This document shows positions 10,168 through 18,647 of a stretch of DNA of 35,049 nucleotides, piece after piece; position 1 is the first letter of the stretch, and the number at the start of each line of letters is the position of its first letter. A model generated the notes under the pieces. The model saw only the letters and a list, made by a program, of their open reading frames with translations, did no database searches and was not told the DNA's origin. The stretch is from Myxococcota bacterium. GTDB lineage: Bacteria > Myxococcota_C > UBA6777. The stretch lies in contig JAKLKB010000062.1 in assembly GCA_023150835.1 (NCBI GenBank), positions 1 through 35,049 on the forward strand, in the 5' to 3' direction. The position numbers and the translations under genes were made by a program.

Positions 10168-11004
10168 ATGGCAGAGCAGGAAGCGGCGCGCATCTACGAA
10201 CTCGGCGGGGTCAAGCTGCTCTTGGCGCATCCAGACGACGTCGTTTCGCGGTGGGTGGGACAAGAAGAAGTTCTCAAGCAGGTTTTGGCGGCGTGGTTGG
10301 TGTTGGGCGAGGGCGATCTGCCGCTGCATCCGCGAGTGATGGGCAAATCGGGTTCGGGGAAGACGACGCTGTTGTGTGCAGCCGCAAAGCAGCGTGGGCA
10401 AGAAGTGTATATGTTGCAAGCGACGATGGATATGCGTCCCGAAGACTTGTTGATTACGCCCGTGATTGGGGGAGGTGGGCAGATCCGTTATGTTGCGTCT
10501 GCGTTGGTGACGGCGATGATTCGGGGGGGAGTGTGCCTTTTGGATGAGGCCAATCGCATGGGAGAGCGGACGTGGGCAGCGCTTGCGCCGTTGCTCGATC
10601 AGCGCCGTTATGTCGAGTCGATCGTGACAGGTCTCAAGATCAAGGCCCATCCGTCGTTTCGCTTTGGGGTGACGATGAACGAAGATGCCGCAATTTTTGA
10701 GATCCCAGCGTATATCCATGCACGACTACAGCCGCAGATCCGGCTTGATTTTCCGACGCCCGAGGACGAGATGGCGATCTTGCGTGCTTGGCTGCCTTTT
10801 GTGGATGAAGAGATCCTCGAGTACGTTGTGGACTTTTTGCAGCGCGCTCACGAAGATGACGAGCGTTTTACGGTGCGCGATGGTCTCAATATCGCACGCT
10901 ACGCCGCGAAGCTGCTCGACTCAGAAACGCTACCTCACGAAGAAGCCCTCTACATCGCGACGTTGCAGATCCTTGGCGAAGAGGCCCATGCCTACATCGA
11001 ATAA
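10168..11004 (+). CDS. MoxR-family (CbbQ/NirQ/NorQ-like) AAA+ ATPase
   Basis: Walker A GKSGSGKT, Walker B LLDEANR, and IKAHPSFRFGVTMN...RL...LDFP motifs typical of MoxR/AAA_5. Confidence 0.9.
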   Translation: MAEQEAARIYELGGVKLLLAHPDDVVSRWVGQEEVLKQVLAAWLVLGEGDLPLHPRVMGKSGSGKTTLLCAAAKQRGQEVYMLQATMDMRPEDLLITPVIGGGGQIRYVASALVTAMIRGGVCLLDEANRMGERTWAALAPLLDQRRYVESIVTGLKIKAHPSFRFGVTMNEDAAIFEIPAYIHARLQPQIRLDFPTPEDEMAILRAWLPFVDEEILEYVVDFLQRAHEDDERFTVRDGLNIARYAAKLLDSETLPHEEALYIATLQILGEEAHAYIE

Positions 11005-13051
11005 ACCGATGGCTTCGATCCGAAGAACCACCAATCCAGCGATCGTGCAGCTTTCGCAGGTTTCTTACCAAGAGCCTTGGTTGGAGATCGCGCCCGGGAT
11101 CGCCTGTGTTCCGTGTCTTCATTACCGCGTCGAGTTTGCCGATGCGGTCCGTCGGGCGGTGGTGTTGTATCAGCCCGATGCCATCGCGGTCGAACTACCC
11201 CCGACGCTTGCTCCTTCGCTGCGTTTGGCGATCCAACATCTCCCCGCACTGTCCGTCTTGTTTTATCTCGACAGCGAACAACAACCCCTCTATCTCCAGA
11301 TCGAACCCACCGATGCGATCGTCGAAGCCGTACGCAGCGGCATGGAAAAGCAGATCCCGCTTCATTTTGTAGATATCGATGCCGGCTATACGCACCAACA
11401 CGACGACCCTGTACCCGATGCTTACGCTTGTTTGCGTTTGGGCCTTCGGGCTTATTGCGAAAAAGTCATGGCTTCATTGCGCCAACAGCCCAAAACACCC
11501 GAAGATCGGCGTCGTGAGCAAGCGATGGCCTACCACCTCCAGTCCCTGCAACGCCAACACAAACGCATCCTTTTTGTCGGTGGGATGGCGCATATCGAGG
11601 CCATTACACAAGATCTCAAATCTCCTCAACCGATGCCGTTTTCAAGACGCCATCGAGAAGATATCCATGTTTTTCATCTTCATCCTGACTCCGTTCGTGA
11701 GATCGCCATCGAGACGCCCTTTTTGATCGCGGTCTACGAGCTGAGACGACACGCCCTTCCGCCTGAACCTCCACCCCGACTGCCCAAGCACAGACCACGC
11801 TTTGAGCGTTTTGAACTTCTCCAAGGAGGCCGCCCCTCCGACCCCGAACGCTTGTACCTCGATGCGCTTTACCGCGCTGCACGTCAGGCTCACGGTCCTG
11901 CCCAACCTTCGCGAAAATGTCCTGTGTACCTGCTTCCCTTGGATCGTTTGTTTGTGCAAGAAGCCCTGATCTCCGAAGCCGCCCATCGATACCAAGCCGA
12001 GATCGGCGAGCGCGTGAGCGCAGAACAGCGCGCAGTGCTTCGTCGCTACGCTGCGCGTTATGCCGCGATCGAACAACGCCTTGTTTCGGATCTTTTCCAG
12101 CTTTTGACAGCGGCGCGTTTTTGTGTGGACGAAGACTTTTGCTACGAGGTGTGGGATCTCGCCACTCGTTATCCTTGGCAAGAACACCACACCGCGATGC
12201 CGATGGTCGAGGTCGATCAGGCCGAGGAGATCGTTGAAGATGCCCGACAACGCTTGCTTGCACGACTTCTCAAACAACGCCGACAAAGCGAGCGCCGCCT
12301 TCCCATCCGCCCTCGGCCTGTCCGACGCTCCGCAGACGAATGGAAACGATATGTCTCGGGCGAAACGATCTTTACCTATCCACCCGAAGATCGGGCGCTT
12401 GCTTCTTGCCTCCAAACCTTGCAAGAGATCGCCCTCCGTCGTCTCGCCCAAGAGCGAACTCTGATCCGCCCCTTTTGTTCGGGGATGTTGGATGGTGTGG
12501 AGCTTGGAGAAACGCTACGCCACCCCAACGAAGGCCAAGTCTATGTGCGCGAATCAGGCCGTGTCATGGGCAAGATCGCAAGCGTTGTCTTGATCTTTGA
12601 AAACGATCCCGAGACCTCGCGCTATCCGTACAAAGGCACATGGCTTGGAGAATCGGAAGACGCCCCCGATCGGGCTTTTTATGCAACCCCTCCTGATGAA
12701 AAAAGCGGGGGGGCGGGTGTTCACCGATGTGAGTATGGTGGTCTGCTGTTGAGTGCGCCCTCTGGCAGATTGTTTGACGTGTGGAGCGATATCGATTATC
12801 GGTTGGCGCGCAGCCCCGCCGAAGTGTTGCTGCTGGCTGCGTTGGATTATGCCGTCGAGCCTTATGTGTTGTATCTCGCCAAACGCCCGTGTCGTTCGTG
12901 GTTTCACAAGATCGCTGCGCGCATGGGCTTGCGCATCCTCTGCTTTTCTCTCCACGAGATCGGCCCACCCACACGCAAAAAGATCCGCACCTTTCACCTT
13001 CTCGACAGCATCGAACGACGCGAACATACCGAGGATCTCCTCGATCTCTGA
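10988..13051 (+). CDS. Conserved hypothetical protein with TraB/TIKI(GumN)-like N-terminal domain; probable partner of the AAA+ ATPase
   Basis: Overlaps or abuts the ATPase stop (ATG 10988 or 11009). Motifs PCLH, PDAIAVELP, FVDID, RREQAMAYHL and ILFVGGMAH resemble the TraB/TIKI/ChaN superfamily. Confidence 0.75.
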   Translation: MPTSNKPMASIRRTTNPAIVQLSQVSYQEPWLEIAPGIACVPCLHYRVEFADAVRRAVVLYQPDAIAVELPPTLAPSLRLAIQHLPALSVLFYLDSEQQPLYLQIEPTDAIVEAVRSGMEKQIPLHFVDIDAGYTHQHDDPVPDAYACLRLGLRAYCEKVMASLRQQPKTPEDRRREQAMAYHLQSLQRQHKRILFVGGMAHIEAITQDLKSPQPMPFSRRHREDIHVFHLHPDSVREIAIETPFLIAVYELRRHALPPEPPPRLPKHRPRFERFELLQGGRPSDPERLYLDALYRAARQAHGPAQPSRKCPVYLLPLDRLFVQEALISEAAHRYQAEIGERVSAEQRAVLRRYAARYAAIEQRLVSDLFQLLTAARFCVDEDFCYEVWDLATRYPWQEHHTAMPMVEVDQAEEIVEDARQRLLARLLKQRRQSERRLPIRPRPVRRSADEWKRYVSGETIFTYPPEDRALASCLQTLQEIALRRLAQERTLIRPFCSGMLDGVELGETLRHPNEGQVYVRESGRVMGKIASVVLIFENDPETSRYPYKGTWLGESEDAPDRAFYATPPDEKSGGAGVHRCEYGGLLLSAPSGRLFDVWSDIDYRLARSPAEVLLLAALDYAVEPYVLYLAKRPCRSWFHKIAARMGLRILCFSLHEIGPPTRKKIRTFHLLDSIERREHTEDLLDL

Positions 13052-13113
13052 ACCCACAATCGATCGCATCGAACGACGCAAACATACCGAGGCCCTCCTC
13101 GATCTCTGAACCC
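13008..13113 (+). repeat. Direct duplication (48 bp, 3 mismatches, period 58) of the 3' end of the preceding gene
   Basis: 13008-13055 GCATCGAACGACGCGAACATACCGAGGATCTCCTCGATCTCTGAACCC versus 13066-13113 GCATCGAACGACGCAAACATACCGAGGCCCTCCTCGATCTCTGAACCC. Confidence 0.92.
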
Positions 13114-13132
13114 GCAAGAAAGGCCCGCCCTG

Positions 13133-13564
13133 ATGGATATCGAAGAACTGGTCGACAACCTCGAACTCCTCGAAGATTGGGAAGAGCGCTACCGTTATCT
13201 GATCGAACTCGGACGCAAACTGCCACCCTTGCCAGACGACCAACACACCGAGCAAAACAAAGTGCGCGGCTGCATGAGCCAAGTCTGGATGTTCCCCCAA
13301 GTCGATGACCGCATCTCTCCGCCCATCCTGCATTTTCTGGCCGACAGCGACGCCCACATCGTCAAAGGACTGATCGCCGTCTTGATGGTTGTGTATTCGG
13401 GAAAAACAGCCCAAGAGATCCTTGATATCGATATCCACGCCGTTTTTACGCGGCTTGGCCTCGAAAAGCACATCACCCCCAACCGACGCAACGGCTTCTT
13501 TTCGATGGTTGGGCGCATCCAAGACCTCGCCCGTACCTCCCTTGCTTCCGCTCCTTCCGCCTGA
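13133..13564 (+). CDS. sufE: SufE family Fe-S cluster assembly sulfur acceptor
   Basis: DWEERYRYLIELGRKLP, NKVRGCMSQVW (conserved Cys), ADSDAHIVKGL, GLEKHITPNRRNG. Confidence 0.95.
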   Translation: MDIEELVDNLELLEDWEERYRYLIELGRKLPPLPDDQHTEQNKVRGCMSQVWMFPQVDDRISPPILHFLADSDAHIVKGLIAVLMVVYSGKTAQEILDIDIHAVFTRLGLEKHITPNRRNGFFSMVGRIQDLARTSLASAPSA

Positions 13565-13730
13565 TCTGACAGAGGCTGTTGGTTTGTTTGTGTGGGGCGA
13601 GGTACCACGCCCCGCAAGGGACCGAAGGCCCCTTGACCCCTTGAGGGGCGAACAGATCATCCTTTTTTACACAGACGACTCTGTCGCTTGAACTGCCGCG
13701 AACACGGCTTTTTTGGCTACGTATCGCTTC
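13565..13730 (+). mobile_element. MITE-like dispersed repeat, copy A (ends degraded)
   Basis: Shares TGTGGGGC..CCCCGCAAGGGA..CCCTTGACCCC..GGCGAA..GACGACTCTGTCGCTT..GCGAACACGGCTTTTTTG with the copies at 16976, 20976 and 28375. Confidence 0.75.
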
Positions 13731-13831
13731 GGTAGATGTACGCTTCCAACAGATATCGCTATGTTAGACACCCGCTGATACGAGATCCGAGTGATGTGTA
13801 CACAAAGGATAGTGCGTAGACACCCGATTGT

Positions 13832-13858
13832 TGGGCAGCCACACCTGTCTGCCCCTAC
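13832..13858 (-). repeat. GTAG-type REP element
   Basis: Reverse complement GTAGGGGCAGACAGGTGTGGCTGCCCAA: GTAG foot plus GGGCAG/CTGCCC hairpin. Nearly identical to 34743-34769. Confidence 0.85.
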
Positions 13859-13890
13859 GTTTTGCGATCACACGACGGGCGGATCTCGTA

Positions 13891-14751
13891 TTAGTACAGT
13901 TTTTTGAAGGCTTGTGTGGCGTCGCGTTCGAAGGCATCTATCTGCCCGCAGTAGGTTTTCCCATCGATGGGGAGGCCACATCCGAGGCAAGTCTCAAGGA
14001 GTTGTCCAGCGGGGCGTGCGTGCATACCGATCTCGTCAGGCAATCGGTCGAGGCGTTTGTTGTAGGCGTTGAGTTCGGGTTGAAGGGCTTTCCAGATCCG
14101 CAGGCATTCGTCTTTGGCGAGGGGGTCGCCTTGGGCGATGCGTTCTCGAAGTTGCTGTTGTTGTGCGCCTTGGGTCCGAAATCGTGCGAGTTGTTCGAGG
14201 GTTTTTTGGATGGCTTGGATGACAGGACGTGGCCGATCGGTGGTGGTGGGGATCGGCGAAGGAGCCGAAGAATCCGAGGAAGAAGTGGGGGGCGTGGGCA
14301 AAGAGAGCGTGTTAGAAGGTTGGGGGAGGTGACGTTTCGAGGGGGCGCGAGCGGAGGTGGCCTCAGCAGAAGAAGCGGGATATGCGGAAGAGGTGCGTGG
14401 AGAGGGCGTTTGGGAGTTTGTGGGAGACGGCAGGTGGGGGCGTTGGGCGAGTTGATGTCGCGGAATCGAGTGTTGCGAGGGTGAGGAGGGTGAATACAAG
14501 GGCCATGCGAAGGACAATGCGCCCAAGATCGCGGTTGCAAGGGGCCATTGTGGGCGAGCGGGCTGGAGCGGCCACGCCATCAGGTGATGGAGGGCTGCGC
14601 GGGTGGATGGATGGACGACGTAGAGGATCGCTAGGAAAAAGGCGATCCCACCGAGCAGATAGCCCGCACGCGGAGCGACAACAAGCCATGCGATCCACAA
14701 CAAGCCGAGCAGCAGTAGAGACGCGAATGGCGGTGATGTCGGACGTTGCAA
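13891..14751 (-). CDS. Hypothetical membrane protein (~286 aa): 2-3 TM segments, Pro/Ser linker, helical C-terminal domain with Cys residues
   Basis: 3' part of the 752-aa ORF. AAAGGAG RBS before a TTG at 14751. Hydrophobic helices LLLLGLLWIAWLVV and YLLGGIAFFLAILYVV. C-terminal TCLGCG...TYCG. Confidence 0.65.
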   Translation of the reverse strand: MQRPTSPPFASLLLLGLLWIAWLVVAPRAGYLLGGIAFFLAILYVVHPSTRAALHHLMAWPLQPARPQWPLATAILGALSFAWPLYSPSSPSQHSIPRHQLAQRPHLPSPTNSQTPSPRTSSAYPASSAEATSARAPSKRHLPQPSNTLSLPTPPTSSSDSSAPSPIPTTTDRPRPVIQAIQKTLEQLARFRTQGAQQQQLRERIAQGDPLAKDECLRIWKALQPELNAYNKRLDRLPDEIGMHARPAGQLLETCLGCGLPIDGKTYCGQIDAFERDATQAFKKLY

Positions 14752-14803
14752 GAGGGCTCTCCTTTCTTGCTCCTCGTACAGGAGCGAGAGTGTGCTCGAA
14801 ACA

Positions 14804-14831
14804 TATAGGGGCAGACAGGCGTGGCTGCCCA
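14804..14831 (+). repeat. REP element (ATAG variant)
   Basis: ATAGGGGCAGACAGGCGTGGCTGCCCAA, an inverted copy of 13832-13858 with 2 mismatches. Confidence 0.8.
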
Positions 14832-14866
14832 ACCACAGAACTGCTACAGCAAGTCGTGTCGACGTT

Positions 14867-16957
14867 TCAATCACACATCTCTCGGAGATCGCATGACGCG
14901 GTTGGATTTGGTTGGGTGGGACGGGGGCGAAGAGTGCGGCGGCGCAGGAACAAGCCGACGAGTAGGAGCATCCAAAGCGCGCTTTCTGTGTTTTGAGCGA
15001 TGGGTCCGATCTGGCAGCTACAGCCGCTTTTTCCCGTTCCGCTGGCGACGCATTGACCGTTGAGGCAGTTTTGGCCTGTTGCGCAGTCCGAGGCGAGGGT
15101 GCAGCCTGTTTTGGGCTTGGCTTGACAGATGCCGTTGATGCAATCGAGACCGTTGGTGCATTGGGCAGCGCTTTGGCAGCCTTGGGGGGGCGTTCCTGTG
15201 CAAGTACACGCACCAAAGCTCTTGCCATCGGCGTTACAGGACTGACTGCCATTTTTGCCATCGGTGCAAACGCAGCCTTGGCTGACGCCCGGGACGCAGG
15301 CTTGGGGCGCATCGCAAGGGCAAGCATCAAAGCCCGAACCATCGGCTTTGCACGTGGTGGTTTTGGTCCCGTTGGGGCAAACACAAGCGATCGTTTGGTT
15401 GGGGGTGCAAGTTCCTGTGGGGGTGCAAACGCAGTCTGTAAAGCCCGACGCATCGGACTTGCAGGATTGGGTTCCATTTTTTCCGTCAGTGCAAACACAA
15501 GCGCGGCTTTGGTTGGGTGTGCAAGATTGGGGGCCTGTGCAAGTACAAGTCTCAAAGCCCGAACCATCGGGCTTGCAGGACTGGCTGCCATTTTTGCCGT
15601 CCGTGCAGACGCAGCCTTGGGATGCGCCCGGGGTGCAGGCTTTTTTGGGTTGGCATTGGGCATTTTGGCAGACATGATCGGCGGGGCAGTCGGTGTCTTT
15701 TGTGCATCCTGTGGTGGAGGTTTTGCAGGTGCCGTTGTCACAGCGTTGACCTTGCGGGCAGTCGGCGTCTTTTGTGCATCCTGTGGTTTTGTCTTTGCAG
15801 ATACCGTTGTCGCAGAACTTCCCGACGGGACAATCGCTGTCTTGTCGGCAGCCCGAGGCGATGTTGCAAGCACCACCGATACAGCGCTCACCGGCCTTAC
15901 AATCTGCATCGCTGTTGCAGGTTCCCGGGCGGGGCTTGCACGTGCCGTTGTCGCAGATCTCGCGCAAGTTGCACTCGCTGTCTTGGGTGCAAAAGGGGAC
16001 GATATCGCACTTTCCGTTGACGCATTTTTGTTTGCTCGGACAATCGGTGTCTTTTGTGCAAGCGGAGCCTTTGCAGACAAAACCGGGTGGGAGGCATTGG
16101 GCGTTGTAGCTCGATCCGTTGCAGCTATATCCCGAAGGGCAGAGTCCATCGAAGTTACAAAGCTGGATGCAGAAATTGCCCGTCCCTACGAAGTCACAGG
16201 TCATCCCTGCACCGCAGTCTTGGGTGGTATTGCAGGGCTTGCAAGCGTTTGGCAAAGGGGCAGGCGGAGCAGAAACGCAACTGGCCTGTTGGCAAGCGAG
16301 TTGCGATGGGCAGTCGGTGTCTTGGGCGCATTGGGGTTGTCCTGAAGGGTACAGGAAACAGGCTCCTGCGATATCATCGGGGTGCAGGCTGCGTTTTTTG
16401 ATCGCCCCCGGGTAAAACGTCCCTTCCATCGTCGAAGTGAGGACTTTGCTCGATTGGAGGCCCAACAAAGAACCTGCTGCGACCGTTGCGATACTGATCA
16501 GGTCAAACTGCCCGCTGGTCGGGGTCAATGACCACCCCATCTTCGGGTTGATCGAGACGTCTACTTCGGTGAGTTCGTTCTTTTGGTTGTAAAAGAAGTT
16601 GGGGACAAACACGATGCCTTGTCCGTAGGTCACTTCAAAGTTCCCCGGAAATCCGACGACGTTGGTGCTGTCGCCACGCACAGGGAGTTGGGTGGTGGGG
16701 CCGCGATAAAGGAAGCTGATCTGGGCGCACTTGATCTTGGTCCATTCGGAAAAAGCGTCTTGAAAGATCTGTGCGAGTTGGGTTTGCGGGACTTGGGTGT
16801 AAGCGTCGGGGTTGAATTTCCATTCGATGGCTTTTCCCATCGGCCACTTGATGGGGGTTGTGCCGTTTTTCAGGTACTCGTAGGCATGGGCATGATCGGC
16901 CCCAAAGAGCAAAGAACACAAAGCACACAAACGAAACAGAAAATGTAAAGAGCGCAT
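14867..16957 (-). CDS. Matrixin (M10 metzincin)-like, probably inactive, Cys-rich repeat protein with MYXO-CTERM-like anchor
   Basis: AAAGGA RBS before ATG 16957, signal peptide ending AHA. Matrixin-like AFSEW..., GDSTNVVGF, EVDVSIN, FDLISIAT, STM, LHPDDIAGACFLYP. Many CxxDxDCPxGxxCxxGxC and CTPGxSxxCVCxDG repeats. C-terminal GCSC...LWMLLLVGLFLRRR. Confidence 0.85.
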   Translation of the reverse strand: MRSLHFLFRLCALCSLLFGADHAHAYEYLKNGTTPIKWPMGKAIEWKFNPDAYTQVPQTQLAQIFQDAFSEWTKIKCAQISFLYRGPTTQLPVRGDSTNVVGFPGNFEVTYGQGIVFVPNFFYNQKNELTEVDVSINPKMGWSLTPTSGQFDLISIATVAAGSLLGLQSSKVLTSTMEGTFYPGAIKKRSLHPDDIAGACFLYPSGQPQCAQDTDCPSQLACQQASCVSAPPAPLPNACKPCNTTQDCGAGMTCDFVGTGNFCIQLCNFDGLCPSGYSCNGSSYNAQCLPPGFVCKGSACTKDTDCPSKQKCVNGKCDIVPFCTQDSECNLREICDNGTCKPRPGTCNSDADCKAGERCIGGACNIASGCRQDSDCPVGKFCDNGICKDKTTGCTKDADCPQGQRCDNGTCKTSTTGCTKDTDCPADHVCQNAQCQPKKACTPGASQGCVCTDGKNGSQSCKPDGSGFETCTCTGPQSCTPNQSRACVCTDGKNGTQSCKSDASGFTDCVCTPTGTCTPNQTIACVCPNGTKTTTCKADGSGFDACPCDAPQACVPGVSQGCVCTDGKNGSQSCNADGKSFGACTCTGTPPQGCQSAAQCTNGLDCINGICQAKPKTGCTLASDCATGQNCLNGQCVASGTGKSGCSCQIGPIAQNTESALWMLLLVGLFLRRRTLRPRPTQPNPTASCDLREMCD

Positions 16958-16975
16958 CGTCGATCCTTTTCCTTT

Positions 16976-17140
16976 TCGGAGTGACGCAGTTTTGCAAAAA
17001 AGCCGTGTTCGCGCCGTTGCAAGCGAGAGAGCCGTTGGTTTTGAAAAACAGTGATCTTTTCGCCGAGTCGGGGTCAAGGGGGCAAAGCTCCCTTGCGGGG
17101 TTTGGGGCAAAGCCCCACAAAAACAAACCCAACAAGTCGC
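16976..17140 (-). mobile_element. MITE-like dispersed repeat, copy C
   Basis: One end reads TCGGAGTGACGCAGTT (TIR-like). The internal hairpins and GCGAACACGGCTTTTTTG match the other copies. Confidence 0.8.
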
Positions 17141-17226
17141 TTTAGACCGATCGCAAGACCCTGCTTTGGGCGGGATGCTTTCGCCTTTGATATCGGCACA
17201 ACAGCAGAGAGCGTTCGCAGAAAAGT

Positions 17227-18468
17227 TTAGTCTTTTGTTTTTGCAGGAAAAAGGCACAAGTGCAACAATTTCTGTTCATAAGCAAGGCCCGCGCCGATCA
17301 GCCCGGCATTTTGGAGGCGCAGATCGAGGCCCATCGAGAGGGAGGGACGGGCTTCGGCGGTGAATTGCCATAAGGCTTCGAGCAATGCTTCTCCATGAGG
17401 GCCTTTGGAAGGAGCGGTGGGAGGGGCGACATGGATGTCTTGTACATAAGAGGCGATCCAATGGGGATAATAGAACGCTGCGGTGACGGGTGAATCGAGC
17501 AGATCAAGGGCCAAGAGATGGCCGTGAAGATAGGCGATCTGGCCGACTTGATGTTCTTGATAAGGGAGAGCCTTGAGGTAGTGTTCGAGCGTTGGATGGT
17601 GGGCTTCTTGGGCGTCGAGGTAGCTGTGGGAGACGGAAAGAGCTTGAGAGTGGGCAAGATAGCGTTCGGTGTCTTTTCGAAGGTTGTGGAGGTCGCTTGC
17701 GAAGGTTTGTTCTCGGCGAAATGATCGGCTGACGCTGTGGAGTTTGTGTGCGCGTCCGAGCGCAGCAAACAAGCCCAGTTCTGTTCGAGCGAGGCGTTCG
17801 ATGGGGGATGTTTGTTTGCGGAGTTCTTGTTCGATGGGGGAGACTTCGATGATATGGCGGCTTTGGGGAGCCAAGAGGTAGGAGGCGTTGGCGATCCGCG
17901 CTTGTTTGAGGGATGAAAAGATCTCGTCGTTGAGGATCAACAGCGGTTGTGTGCTGTGGTTGTGGATGACCAGTTTGGTCGGATGGCCGATCGCGTTGAT
18001 CTCTTCGATGGCTGCTTTGTTTTGGCGGATCGCCTCTTGGAGGAACAGCACGTCGGAGGAGGGGGCTTCATGCCGCAACAGCGGATAGATCGTCAGGTCT
18101 TCATGTTGGATCGCTGGCGCACACACAAGTCCTTGCAGAAAGACCACAAAGTAGACCTCTTGGGGCGGGGGGGGTGGCGGCTTCATCAAGTCTGCTGCTG
18201 CCCCGCCAAAATACACCAACGGCTGCTGTGCCTTGGGGACTTCGACAGAGTCCGCATCAGGCGACCGAAGGGAGTCTCGCGCTTCGACAGGTACGGAAGA
18301 TCCGTTGGAAAGCGGGGCAGAAAGTTTGGACGGTTTGGCGGGCGGAGAGGGAATCGTAGAGGAAGAGGAGTGATTGGAAGAGAGCGCAGGAGGAGCCACG
18401 GGAGAGGCCGAAGGGGCAGGTGCTTGGGTCGATGCAGAGAACAGGGAGCGTAGCCAATGGGGTAACAT
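17227..18468 (-). CDS. ARPP-1 (DUF6569)-like domain protein with Pro/Ser-rich N-terminus, divergent
   Basis: LTIYPL..LFLQEAI..IEEINAIG..LVIHN..PLLILNDEIFSSLKQARIANASYLL..IEVSPIEQ..QVG..ALDLLDSP..IASY follows the ARPP-1 motif order (LLLDGEELxGAKQNRxxNxxILV..IPVSCVEQGRW). Confidence 0.7.
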   Translation of the reverse strand: MLPHWLRSLFSASTQAPAPSASPVAPPALSSNHSSSSTIPSPPAKPSKLSAPLSNGSSVPVEARDSLRSPDADSVEVPKAQQPLVYFGGAAADLMKPPPPPPQEVYFVVFLQGLVCAPAIQHEDLTIYPLLRHEAPSSDVLFLQEAIRQNKAAIEEINAIGHPTKLVIHNHSTQPLLILNDEIFSSLKQARIANASYLLAPQSRHIIEVSPIEQELRKQTSPIERLARTELGLFAALGRAHKLHSVSRSFRREQTFASDLHNLRKDTERYLAHSQALSVSHSYLDAQEAHHPTLEHYLKALPYQEHQVGQIAYLHGHLLALDLLDSPVTAAFYYPHWIASYVQDIHVAPPTAPSKGPHGEALLEALWQFTAEARPSLSMGLDLRLQNAGLIGAGLAYEQKLLHLCLFPAKTKD

Positions 18469-18529
18469 CGGTGATCCTCAAGATTCGTGAACCGCTCGCC
18501 CATCGAGCGCGTGGCTCTTTTCGCCGAAG

Positions 18530-18645
18530 TGTAACACTGCTTTCGCGAAAAGCCTTGTTTATGCAAATAACTCGAATCCGAACGGGGCGCAAGGCTTTGT
18601 ACCGTGAGGCAGGCCGAGACAAAGCGTCCAACCGCGTAAGCCCCA
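18530..18645 (-). mobile_element. Degenerate MITE-like copy directly after the caspase gene stop
   Basis: The minus strand begins GGGGCTTACGCGGTTGG (TIR-like, compare 28529-28544) and contains AACAAGGCTTTTCGCGAAAGCAGTGTTACACT, similar to the family's 3' end. Confidence 0.5.
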
Positions 18646-18647
18646 TC

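Noticed and set aside
13008-13113. DGR template/variable repeat pair (also 30529-30638)
   Set aside because: Mismatches are not adenine-specific, the repeats are short, and no reverse transcriptase is present.
14752-16149. N-terminal 465 aa of the 752-aa ORF 13891-16149
   Set aside because: It is an alternative frame of the Cys-rich matrixin-like gene and crosses a REP. Only the part after the RBS/TTG at 14751 looks genuine.
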